Below, piece by piece: positions 27,873 to 36,328 of a stretch of DNA of 64,000 bases (positions within the stretch are counted from its first letter, which is position 1; each line of letters begins with the position of its first letter). The DNA is from an uncultured bacterium (GTDB lineage: Bacteria > Zixibacteria > MSB-5A5 > UBA10806 > 4484-95), in the NCBI GenBank assembly GCA_965603725.1, contig CBFDEC010000007.1, positions 44,273 through 108,272 on the forward strand, written 5' to 3'. Position numbers and translations under genes: made by a program. The notes beneath the pieces are model-generated. The model did not search any database. It was not told the DNA's origin and saw only the letters and a list, made by a program, of their open reading frames with translations.

Positions 27873-28703
27873 ATGGCAAAAGATTTAAAAATGACCGGAG
27901 AGCGAATTGTTCCGGACGACATTCGAACGCCAATCGAATATATACAATTATTGCGTCACCTTTTCGTTTATGAGCATGTTAAAAGTATAATAAATACTGA
28001 TGAAAAAGTCCTTGAAGCAGGTTTCGGAGAGGGTTATGGCGCTAAAATGCTATCGGAGACATGTAAAGAGATCGTCGGAATAGATGTCGAAAAAAAAGTT
28101 GTTGAATATGCTGCTAACAAATACGGCACTAATAAATGTTCATTCAGGCTTTATGACGGCAATATTATTCCCTTTGATGATGAAACCTTTGATGTAGTAA
28201 TTTCGTTCCAGGTAATTGAACATATACATGATGACGCTGGCTTTATCAGCCAACTTCACCGGGTACTTAAAAAAGGCGGCAAGCTTTATTTATCCACACC
28301 AAATAAGGCAACCAGACTCAGACCCGGCCAAAAACCCTGGAATAGGTTTCATGTCAGGGAGTATTATGCTCATGAGCTTAAAGCTCTTATTGAAAACACT
28401 TTTAGTAACGTTGAAGTTTTTGGAATCAGCGCTACCGAGGAGATTCATCGGATCGAGGCGCACAGGATTAGGCAGGGATTTTTCTTGTCATTAGCGCTCA
28501 GACTGGGATTACGCAAGCTTATTCCCGAGTTCATTGATCCTCTGATAGCAAGGCTTGTAAGCGTCAAGAAAAGCAAGCAGGTGAAATCGATTGATAATCA
28601 AGAGCCAAAAGATCGATTCAACATTAGTGATTTTCGAGTGGAAACAATCACGGTCGATGAAAGTCTTGATCTGCTTGCTCAGGCAATTAAAAGTAAACTC
28701 TGA
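27873..28703 (+). CDS. class I SAM-dependent methyltransferase
   Basis: Motif I LEAGFGEGYG and post-I DVVISFQVIEHI, Methyltransf_11-like. Confidence 0.75.
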   Translation: MAKDLKMTGERIVPDDIRTPIEYIQLLRHLFVYEHVKSIINTDEKVLEAGFGEGYGAKMLSETCKEIVGIDVEKKVVEYAANKYGTNKCSFRLYDGNIIPFDDETFDVVISFQVIEHIHDDAGFISQLHRVLKKGGKLYLSTPNKATRLRPGQKPWNRFHVREYYAHELKALIENTFSNVEVFGISATEEIHRIEAHRIRQGFFLSLALRLGLRKLIPEFIDPLIARLVSVKKSKQVKSIDNQEPKDRFNISDFRVETITVDESLDLLAQAIKSKL

Positions 28704-28715
28704 TTTATATTGTAA

Positions 28716-28958
28716 TTAGGATAGAAAGGACAATTCTAAAAGTAATTTTCTCAAATCCTTTGCCAGGAGTATAGCCTCATTTACCTCAGTCTCTGAAGAA
28801 GTTCCTTCAGCATCGTAACTCACCATTGCTCTCTTCTTGCTAATGGCTTCAAGAGACATGATAAGCTCCGGATCAGGATTAAGGAACAACTTCAATGACT
28901 GAATAGTCCGGCAATGATGACCAGCCCCTCCAGGGATTCTATAGCCGCTTGCTCTCAA
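28716..28958 (-). CDS. small ORF, possibly a truncated carboxymuconolactone decarboxylase/AhpD-like fragment
   Basis: Extending the frame upstream (no ATG) gives ...YNACLGCATIALRASG.., an N-x-C-x-x-C pattern reminiscent of the CMD family, but only about 5 residues precede the motif before a stop. Confidence 0.2.
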   Translation of the reverse strand: MRASGYRIPGGAGHHCRTIQSLKLFLNPDPELIMSLEAISKKRAMVSYDAEGTSSETEVNEAILLAKDLRKLLLELSFLS

Positions 28959-29304
28959 AGCGATAGTTGCACAACCCAGGCAAGCGTTGTAAGTTATTGA
29001 TAGTTATTCAAGGATACTTGACATGAGACATGCCCTCAAATGCCTGGAATACAAGGACTTATACCGTATTGTGACCAGATTGTGACAGGATTTTGTCCGG
29101 TCTGTCCACATAGACTGACCGTTCCCCCGTCCAAAATAGTCCAGTTGAAACTCGACCGGCCTCCATTGGGGATACCACTGATTACATCACGATCACAGCG
29201 CTAACTTGGAAAGAGACAGGGTCATCGGGAACAGAATAATCCACCCATCAGATAACTGCAGTCGCAATGTAACAATTAACAGTAATTGTCGTCTTAATAG
29301 TTAG

Positions 29305-29877
29305 ATGAGAGGCGATAATCAGCAACAGGATCGCTTCTATGAATTGCTGGAGCCAGAATTGACGCGCCTGCAGGCGTTTTGTCAGAAACTGGTCGGAGAC
29401 CCGGATCTGGGCGATGACCTAATGCAGGATGCCCTCTATGACGCCTGGAAGGGTTTCAGGCGGCTTCGCGAAGCCACGGCCTTCAGATCCTGGCTCTATC
29501 GGATCGTGATCAACCGGTACCGGACGACTCTGAGGCAGTTCAAGAAGCGGGCAGGTCAAACCGTGCCGCTTGCAGGCGACATTGCGGATGACAGAGATGC
29601 CCGCCTGCGCGATGCACGCGAACGGTTGAATCTCGCTATGGCAAGTCTGTCAGCCAAAGACCGGTCCCTGGTTACGCTTCATGAACTGGAAGGATGGTCG
29701 TATCCAGAAATGGCTGAGATGTTCGGTTGTCGAGAGGCCACCCTACGAACAAGGTTGACCCGCTGCCGACTAAAGATGCGGGAGGCTTTACGAAGGTATT
29801 ACGAAAGGACGGGTAAATGTTCACTCATGACCAGAGTCACGAAACAATGCGCTGTCGCGAAGCAAGAAAGAAGCTAA
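29305..29877 (+). CDS. ECF-type RNA polymerase sigma-70 factor
   Basis: Region 2 (DLMQDALYDAWKGFRRLREATAFRSWLYRIVINRY) and region 4 (LHELEGWSYPEMAEMFGCREATLRTRLTR). The local GC is about 55-57%, above flanking DNA. Confidence 0.8.
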   Translation: MRGDNQQQDRFYELLEPELTRLQAFCQKLVGDPDLGDDLMQDALYDAWKGFRRLREATAFRSWLYRIVINRYRTTLRQFKKRAGQTVPLAGDIADDRDARLRDARERLNLAMASLSAKDRSLVTLHELEGWSYPEMAEMFGCREATLRTRLTRCRLKMREALRRYYERTGKCSLMTRVTKQCAVAKQERS

Positions 29878-31166
29878 TCGAACTTGCGGATGGCTCTTTG
29901 GCCAGCCGCGAACATAAAGCTTTACACCAGCATCTTAACCAGTGTTCGCGCTGTACGCAACTGGCTCTGGCTGAACAGCTGTTGACCCGTGATTGCGAAC
30001 AGCTTCGTCATCTGGAACCGTCCCATATCATGACTGTCGAGCAGGTCCGTGAACGGATATCCATCCGGGAAAAATCAGAAAAGAAAATAAATTTAGGAGT
30101 GAGAATCATGAAACAGGCAAGTGAGACCATTTACAGGCGCCCACGGTTATGTATAGCCTCAGCGGCCATGTCTGTTCTGCTTTTGGCAAGTATTCTGGTG
30201 CCCGTAAGAACAGAGCATGCGATTAAATATGAGGTTGCCTTCGCCGCGCCGGCAGAGGGGCTGATCCTGAATGAACAAAACGCTGAGGAGATGTTGGCGG
30301 CGCTAAATATGGACGACGCACGGGTAGAAGTCCGTAAGAGCTTGGTAGGCACCGAATACAAAATCGCGCCATTAGCGGATACTGCTCAGGTGCGACGCCT
30401 AATCGCAGTGCTCGATTCGTTGGGTGGGGGTGGGTCGCATCGGGTGCTGGCGACTACCCAGCCGGGGGAGAAACGGACCATCTGGGAATTATTGCTGGAT
30501 GACAAGGCCCGTTCCTCGCCATCATCACGTAAGAACACCGGCCATGTCCATATTTCCGTCGATGACCTTGATGAACTGTCCCGGGATAATTTCGTTTTGT
30601 GGATACCGGACGAGAATCGACAGGCTGACAGCACAGCCGGAATTTTGATTGACCGGCAGGGAGAAAAGACCCGTATCTGGATGCCAGGATTAAAGATGAA
30701 GCCCGACGATCGTGGCTGGAATCCAATGCTGAATGGCAAAACAGTATTATATGTTGAAACTAATGAAGGACACCTGGTGGGCTTTGACTTTACTGAGGTC
30801 GAGGATGTGCGCAAGTTGGAGAAGATGGGCTACAACTTCTGGCTGATGGAGTTCGATACTCCGGGCCAGATTCCCGTATCTGAGATGGGTCCTCAGTTGA
30901 ACAAAATTGACTCCGATAACCCCTATACGGATGGCATTGTCATCAGTTATATGATTCCACAGGCAAGCAAAGTACAAATTCATGTCCTGGATAAAAACCA
31001 GTGCGAGATTCGTACCCTGCTGAATAATATCGTGCTAGCAGGGATACATAGTGTCGTCTGGGACGGACTGGATACTGACGGCAACCAAGTTGAGCCGGGA
31101 ACTTATCTATGCCGCTTAATCGCAGGAGACTATCTGGAAACTCAAAAGATAGTGCTTGATCGTTAG
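29847..31166 (+). CDS. anti-sigma factor: N-terminal zf-HC2 domain, one TM helix, a periplasmic domain, and a C-terminal T9SS-CTD/FlgD-Ig-like beta-sandwich
   Basis: HxxxCxxC (HLNQCSRC). TM segment LCIASAAMSVLLLASILVPV. C-terminal NPYTDGIVISYMIPQASKVQIHVLDKNQCEIRTLLNN..AGIHSVVWDGLDTDGNQVEPGTYLCRLIAGDYLETQKIVL. Overlaps the sigma gene by 31 nt. Confidence 0.65.
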   Translation: MRCREARKKLIELADGSLASREHKALHQHLNQCSRCTQLALAEQLLTRDCEQLRHLEPSHIMTVEQVRERISIREKSEKKINLGVRIMKQASETIYRRPRLCIASAAMSVLLLASILVPVRTEHAIKYEVAFAAPAEGLILNEQNAEEMLAALNMDDARVEVRKSLVGTEYKIAPLADTAQVRRLIAVLDSLGGGGSHRVLATTQPGEKRTIWELLLDDKARSSPSSRKNTGHVHISVDDLDELSRDNFVLWIPDENRQADSTAGILIDRQGEKTRIWMPGLKMKPDDRGWNPMLNGKTVLYVETNEGHLVGFDFTEVEDVRKLEKMGYNFWLMEFDTPGQIPVSEMGPQLNKIDSDNPYTDGIVISYMIPQASKVQIHVLDKNQCEIRTLLNNIVLAGIHSVVWDGLDTDGNQVEPGTYLCRLIAGDYLETQKIVLDR

Positions 31167-31196
31167 CTTTCGAGACTGCGTCTGTAAGTTGATTGA

Positions 31197-31232
31197 GCCC
31201 GGCCGATGGTAACATCCGCCGGGTTTTCCATA
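31197..31232 (+). terminator. putative rho-independent terminator (gcccggc...gccgggt + TTTTCC) after the anti-sigma gene
   Basis: 6-bp GC stem plus a G.U pair with a 13-nt loop, then a short T-run. Confidence 0.35.
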
Positions 31233-31355
31233 TGGAATCCTGAGAAAGTACAGAGTTCCTCCCTGAATCATAATAGTCATGCATTGCTTGTTTTCAGGAA
31301 ATTCACCAGCGGCGGATCGGTGATTGAGTCACAAACCCGTGAAGTCATTTTTGGT

Positions 31356-31375
31356 GTGACCAAATCGTGACCAAA
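31356..31375. repeat. direct repeat GTGACCAAA x2 (11-bp spacing)
   Basis: Read directly in a convergent intergenic region. Confidence 0.4.
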
Positions 31376-31489
31376 ACCGTTGCACGTTATTCGTGGTTAT
31401 TGGGGGATATACAGTTACAAACGTAGCAATGGGGTTATTAAATCCCCGTCCCATTTGTAAGGCGTTGTAGTGTAATGACTTATCTTGGT

Positions 31490-31507
31490 GAAGGCGGGGG
31501 GAATCTA
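31490..31507. repeat. left copy of an 18-bp imperfect direct repeat (gaaggcggggggaatcta), att-like
   Basis: 16 of 18 bases identical to ggaggcggggggaatcga at 34679-34696, which lies in the tRNA 3'-end-like fragment. Confidence 0.45.
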
Positions 31508-31630
31508 CATGCGCTGTTTTCGTAACCCCTAGAGACACCTTCAATTACAGCACAACCTCTTGATTCCCAAAGGATTCCATTTTTTATTTGGTTTTATTCG
31601 TTTGTGTTTGTTTTTATCTGTTTTGACCTC

Positions 31631-31652
31631 AATCTGGCACAAATCTGGCACA
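31631..31652. repeat. perfect tandem duplication of the 11-mer aatctggcaca
   Basis: Read directly. It lies about 55 bp downstream of the helicase-nuclease stop, inside the islet. Confidence 0.5.
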
Positions 31653-31708
31653 AAATATAGATGCGTTTATTGCCTTTTTACTTTTACATTTTAGAAATTC
31701 AATTATTG

Positions 31709-34228
31709 CTACTTCACATACTTTACTTTTCTTGAATATTTTTTGAGTAGGTCAGAAACCGAGAGTTTATATGTATCAACTAACTTTTGAATGTGAGGGA
31801 TTGATAAATCCTTTAAATTAATCGATTCAAATGCCTTAAAGAATTCTCTAATACATTTAATAAACTTCTTCAACTCATCTTCTGTCATAACCTCTACTTC
31901 ACAAGTAAATGCTGCCGGTTTCGAAACTTTATAAGTTGGATGAATCATCACTCGCTTAACTTGCATATTTTCATAGTTTTTTTCAAACCAAGCACTTGAA
32001 CTATTCATTTGTTCCGTTTCTCGTTTATTAATTTCTGACCTTCGTATCTCCACTTCATTTTTACATTCCCATAATAAATATTGTGCATCTTCCAATGCCC
32101 ATAAATTATCCGGGCCTTCTTTCCACACCTTATCAGGTCTTTCACCCGCAAAACCAAGTGCTCTGCTGAGTTCATCCAATGCTTGCTCAAATTTGTCAGC
32201 TTTAGCACCAAAAACCAAAGAACCTAAAATATCTGTAAGTGCTATATCCAGATGAGCATAGTCTTCGAAATTTCTAATCCATTCAGCAATTCTCTCCATT
32301 CTTTTTTGGCTAATAACACTCAATTTTACTACTGTTACACCGAAAGGTGGCTTCAACAGAAATCGGTTTTTTTTGTGAGCCGAAACCTGAAGCTTCTGTG
32401 ATTCCGCTCGATTAGCCCGATAGTTATATCTTGCCATCTCTTGTAAATACCAACCTTTTTCGGCATCATCGTGCTTAGCTGTGTCAAGGAATGCTTGTAT
32501 TTGGTTTGTTGCACCTGAATAATCCCCGCTTTGGTACGATTGTTCAGCGTTTAATTCAACGGTATAAATATTTAAAATATTTTTGTTTGCACCAGAAGGC
32601 TTGACACTGGCCATTTGTTGAGCATAGAAAGCTTTCCAGTCTCCATTACGATTCAAACATTGTTTAAGTAATGCAATAAATATTTTAAATGGTTTTTCAC
32701 CGTCATCTAAATCCAGTTTTGCCATTTCTGCGATTTCAACACCAATTCCAATTTGAGTCGACATCTGAGGTGAAAGGAATTTTCGAGATTGCCTGTCACG
32801 TACAAGCCTTGTAATATCTGGTCCCGTAATAATAATAACAGAATAATCTTTTTCACCACGAACACTTCTACCCAAACCTTGTTCAACAGTTCTTATCGTT
32901 CGCATTAGTATTGCTTCATTATCGGGTCGGCAAAATTCCTCATAAAGGTCGGTAAGGTTTTCAGAATAAGGTTTGCTATCGAAAATCAGAATTCGACAAG
33001 TATCATCTGGAAGATCAATGCCGTCATAACGATTTGCTAAAACTATTGTATGTTCGTTTTTTCCTTCTCGTAGATTTTGAATAATATTAGTAAGAGTATC
33101 TGTTGTAGCTACCACGGCTCCATAAGCTTCCCAATCTTTCGTACGTAGAAAACTTGGAGTAAATGCGACAACACCAAATTGCTTCTTTGATGTAAATGAG
33201 CCAAAGTACTTTACAATCTCCTCTCTATTTAAATCTTCGTGAATAAGTGAGGGCAATAGAACCATTTTTTCACCAGACCAACTTTCTTTTGAGTAAGTAA
33301 GTGGATTAACTATAGTATCTGGTAAGAGTTGCAGTCCTTTTACTAAGAATGAATCATCGGTAACTGTTGCTGACATAAATATTCTATGTTCTGCTTCCCA
33401 ATAACTACCAAAAGCATATAGTGGTGGAATATAGGGTTCGATTTCGATAGCAGCTCCAGAAATTACACATTTGCAATGACTTAGTAGATCTTTCAAGAGC
33501 GGCCACGCAAATTTAATCGATTGCTGATCTTTGGCTGCAGATAAGATCTTCGCAATTTCGGTTTCTCGATCGAACCAAGCCCAATAAGGAACAGGAAGAA
33601 AGGAATCCCTTTTATTGTTTTGGATATCTGAAAAAGTTCCTACACCTTGTTGTTCCAATTCATTTTCAAAGAGTGACCTCAACTTATGATATGTTTCTTC
33701 TTCTTTGTGAATGCGAATTCTGCATGCTTCACGAATTGAATCCGAGCAAGCGTGCGCATCATCCATTAAAAGTGAGTTAATACTAATGGACTTTGTATAC
33801 AGTCCAAATTTTGTTAATCCATTAAAAAGTTTTTGAATGGACGTTACCAAGATTTTATTACTATCTATAAAATCGTCTGGTAATTCAGGTTCTGCTTTGC
33901 ATGTAGATATTCCAAATTGCTTTGCCTGTTCACAAGTTCGATCAATTAGAAAATTATTTGGGCACAAATATACGGCAGGTCCTTTTGAATCATTCAATCG
34001 TGATTGAAGCATCAATAGACCAATCAGGGTTTTACCTTGACCAGTATGTAATTTTACAATAATATCACGATTATTTTGATGATAAAAATACCATTCTTTT
34101 AGTACAGATTCCTGGGCAGGTCGAAGAGGTCCTTTGTCGTGGGCACGATCCAGATCATCATAGAGAATTAAGGGATCAATTGGCTTCTTTACGTTCTTTC
34201 CTACCATTCGCTTCTTAAAGTCGACCAT
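31709..34228 (-). CDS. standalone SF2 (DEAH-like) helicase fused to a C-terminal PD-(D/E)xK nuclease domain (Type III restriction Res-like / Hna-like helicase-nuclease)
   Basis: Helicase motif I LHTGQGKT, Ia [42 protein letters not shown]-terminal [23 protein letters not shown] is a PD..(D/E)xK signature. AT-rich codon usage unlike its neighbours. No mod methyltransferase is adjacent. Confidence 0.7.
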   Translation of the reverse strand: MVDFKKRMVGKNVKKPIDPLILYDDLDRAHDKGPLRPAQESVLKEWYFYHQNNRDIIVKLHTGQGKTLIGLLMLQSRLNDSKGPAVYLCPNNFLIDRTCEQAKQFGISTCKAEPELPDDFIDSNKILVTSIQKLFNGLTKFGLYTKSISINSLLMDDAHACSDSIREACRIRIHKEEETYHKLRSLFENELEQQGVGTFSDIQNNKRDSFLPVPYWAWFDRETEIAKILSAAKDQQSIKFAWPLLKDLLSHCKCVISGAAIEIEPYIPPLYAFGSYWEAEHRIFMSATVTDDSFLVKGLQLLPDTIVNPLTYSKESWSGEKMVLLPSLIHEDLNREEIVKYFGSFTSKKQFGVVAFTPSFLRTKDWEAYGAVVATTDTLTNIIQNLREGKNEHTIVLANRYDGIDLPDDTCRILIFDSKPYSENLTDLYEEFCRPDNEAILMRTIRTVEQGLGRSVRGEKDYSVIIITGPDITRLVRDRQSRKFLSPQMSTQIGIGVEIAEMAKLDLDDGEKPFKIFIALLKQCLNRNGDWKAFYAQQMASVKPSGANKNILNIYTVELNAEQSYQSGDYSGATNQIQAFLDTAKHDDAEKGWYLQEMARYNYRANRAESQKLQVSAHKKNRFLLKPPFGVTVVKLSVISQKRMERIAEWIRNFEDYAHLDIALTDILGSLVFGAKADKFEQALDELSRALGFAGERPDKVWKEGPDNLWALEDAQYLLWECKNEVEIRRSEINKRETEQMNSSSAWFEKNYENMQVKRVMIHPTYKVSKPAAFTCEVEVMTEDELKKFIKCIREFFKAFESINLKDLSIPHIQKLVDTYKLSVSDLLKKYSRKVKYVK

Positions 34229-34403
34229 TTTATCCTCTCCCTATGTTCTAATTTAAAACAATTTAGCACTTTTTAAAAATAATATCATGTATATTATGGT
34301 CATATTTTGGAGATCATGCGTCTTTTGTTTTCTGAATAAGCTCATTACTGATATCGCCTAACATCATTACCTGTTTATATAATTATGCAGCATTATATCT
34401 ATT

Positions 34404-34580
34404 CTAAAGCGGAATATCAATTTTTTTTGTTTTCCTGCCGTTATTAGTTTTCGATTCAAGCCATTTGATAACATCTTTTTCTTTAAAACGAACAAACCTG
34501 CCCAACTTCATATGCGGAATATACCCGATATGAGTCCACTGGTAAATAGTAGATACCTTCACGCCAAGGTATTCCGCCAT
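34404..34580 (-). CDS. excisionase/AlpA-family helix-turn-helix DNA-binding protein (58 aa). It falls below the ORF-track cutoff.
   Basis: Translation MAEYLGVKVSTIYQWTHIGYIPHMKLGRFVRFKEKDVIKWLESKTNNGRKTKKIDIPL, which resembles an HTH_17/excisionase-like fold. It is upstream of, and co-directional with, the helicase-nuclease gene. Confidence 0.45.
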   Translation of the reverse strand: MAEYLGVKVSTIYQWTHIGYIPHMKLGRFVRFKEKDVIKWLESKTNNGRKTKKIDIPL

Positions 34581-34678
34581 TTCTTGTGATGGAAGGAGTT
34601 ATAAGAAATTTGCTGGAGGTTATTTCAACGAACCTATAATTATTGCAACCTGTTGTATTTTATTGACTTATAATATAA

Positions 34679-34725
34679 TGGAGGCGGGGGGAATCGAACC
34701 CCATTATCCGCATTAAATACCAACG
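34679..34725 (-). other. tRNA 3'-end fragment (T-arm plus acceptor 3' strand), likely an att remnant of an integrative element. No matching 5' half was found.
   Basis: The minus strand reads ...gcggataatggggttcgattccccccgcctcca, a T-loop TTCGATT with a G/C stem and acceptor 3' strand cgcctcc. No complementary ggaggcg 5' acceptor strand occurs within 120 nt. Confidence 0.4.
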
Positions 34726-34782
34726 ACTTACAGCATCGTGTGGCTAAATTGTGGCAGATTTAATATTTGCCTATTCTCAACA

Positions 34783-34812
34783 AAAAAGGTAGTCGCCGAC
34801 TGCCTTTTTTTA
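34783..34812. terminator. bidirectional intrinsic terminator (A-run, ggtagtcgccgactgcc hairpin, T-run) serving the S33 hydrolase gene
   Basis: aaaaaagg-stem-loop-cctttttttat, read directly. Confidence 0.45.
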
Positions 34813-34877
34813 TCCAGAAAACACCGTAGATATACCGGCGTTTATTATCGTATTGTTGGCGCCAGAAGATACTCTAT

Positions 34878-35852
34878 TTATTTACTCTCTACCTGTGCCA
34901 GGAAATCACGTATGATCTTGATATCAGTCTCAGGATCGTCATGCATCGTAAAATGGGCGCAGTTCTTCAATAGTGCAAACTCTGCGCCGGGGATCAGGCT
35001 CTGGTAATACTTGACGGTCGCAGGTGTGGCTTCGTCGAATTGGCCCGCTGTGAGTAGAGTCGGTATTGTGATCTCGCCGAGGCGATCGGTACGATCGTAA
35101 TCGCTGAGTGTCCCTGTAGAAGTGAACTCACTTGGCCCCCACATGTATCCATACATAGCCAGATTCATCTGCGCGAAAGCGCTGTTTACATCATCTGACC
35201 AGGGCTGCCTGCGCGCTAAATATTGCCCGTAGTAGACCATTACGGCAGATTGATATTCGGGTGAATCTGTTGTTTTTTCCCGTTCGTGATGCCTGATTAC
35301 CTCCTGCACGGAATCCGGCAGAGCACCCAGCAGGCTGTCGGCATCATGAATCCAGCGGGGAACACTAAGAGCGGGACTCGCCAGGACAAGACTACTTACA
35401 CCGGCGGGCCGATTGAGCATATAGTCAACGGCCAACATTGTACCCCAGGAGTGTCCGTAAAGGTGAATTTCTTTCAAGCCTAATGCCTCACGTACTTGAG
35501 TTATTTCCTCCACGAAACGTTCGATCGTCCATAATGTCGTGTCTGATGGACCCGGGGAGCTGGCGCACCCGAGTTGGTCGTAGAAAATCACTGGACGGTC
35601 AGCGGCGAGGGCTTCCAGCGGTTTCAGATAGACACTCGATGAGCCCGGACCGCCATGTAATACCAATAGCGGCGTACGTTCCCCGCTACCGACAATTTTA
35701 TACCACACTTTACCGCCGGTGACCTCAACAAAGCCTTCACCCTGTAGCAGACCGGCGGACTGGCAGGCGCTTAGAGCCAAAACTGCAAGGACGCAAAGTC
35801 CAGCCGTCAAAATCGTTTTTCTGATCATGAATTTCCTCCCGTGAATGTACAT
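34878..35852 (-). CDS. alpha/beta hydrolase, prolyl aminopeptidase (S33) family lipoprotein
   Basis: Lipoprotein signal MIRKTILTAGLCVLAVLALSAC. LLVLHGGPGSSS and GHSWG nucleophile elbow. Confidence 0.75.
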   Translation of the reverse strand: MYIHGRKFMIRKTILTAGLCVLAVLALSACQSAGLLQGEGFVEVTGGKVWYKIVGSGERTPLLVLHGGPGSSSVYLKPLEALAADRPVIFYDQLGCASSPGPSDTTLWTIERFVEEITQVREALGLKEIHLYGHSWGTMLAVDYMLNRPAGVSSLVLASPALSVPRWIHDADSLLGALPDSVQEVIRHHEREKTTDSPEYQSAVMVYYGQYLARRQPWSDDVNSAFAQMNLAMYGYMWGPSEFTSTGTLSDYDRTDRLGEITIPTLLTAGQFDEATPATVKYYQSLIPGAEFALLKNCAHFTMHDDPETDIKIIRDFLAQVESK

Positions 35853-36328
35853 CGTTATCCTAATTAAGACAATTTAAGATAAAATGTAGGATAAGCTTTT
35901 GTAATAGTCAAGCACAAATTGGACTTTTTGATTGTTTTTGTTTAGAGTGATTTTCTTCAGTTAACCTTCTTTGATTTGTTTGTTTTAATGTCTATGTTTA
36001 AGGCTGGTTCGAGTTCGGTCCGGGGAGATTTCGCTCCATTATTGTATGAAAACTATTACAGCAATCCTAAGAGAGGATCAAATAGAATAGTGATTCTTGA
36101 AATCTTATATGTATCTCTAACTCGTAAAGAAAATCTCAAACGTCCTAACGATATCTATTAATGAATTTCCAATATTTATATATTTAGCAGTCTTTCTTTG
36201 CCTACATTAAACTATTGTATTAATTTTGTGTCAAAAATGTTAGTTGGGGATTGTAACTTTGGAAAGAACCAACTCTGTTTCTGGTACGATTTATGAATTG
36301 CTCAATTATTAATGAAAGGCTAGGGTGT

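Noticed and set aside
30943-31544. Minus-strand ORFs 30943-31284 and 31329-31544
   Set aside because: The first overlaps the anti-sigma C-terminal domain antisense. The second spans the terminator and repeat spacer. Neither has an RBS or motifs.
31631-31652. CRISPR array
   Set aside because: There are only two abutting 11-bp units with no spacers. No CRISPR-like repeat-spacer periodicity occurs anywhere in the window.
31709-34228. Functional Type III restriction-modification system
   Set aside because: No Mod methyltransferase is adjacent; the gene is flanked by an HTH gene and att-like repeats. The only DNA methylase in the window (6584-9310) is 22 kb away on the other strand and belongs to a different family.
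34679-34790. Complete tRNA or tmRNA gene on the minus strand
   Set aside because: Only the T-arm and the 3' acceptor strand are present. No complementary 5' acceptor strand (ggaggcg) or D/anticodon arms could be found within 120 nt. The space before the hydrolase gene is too short for a tmRNA.
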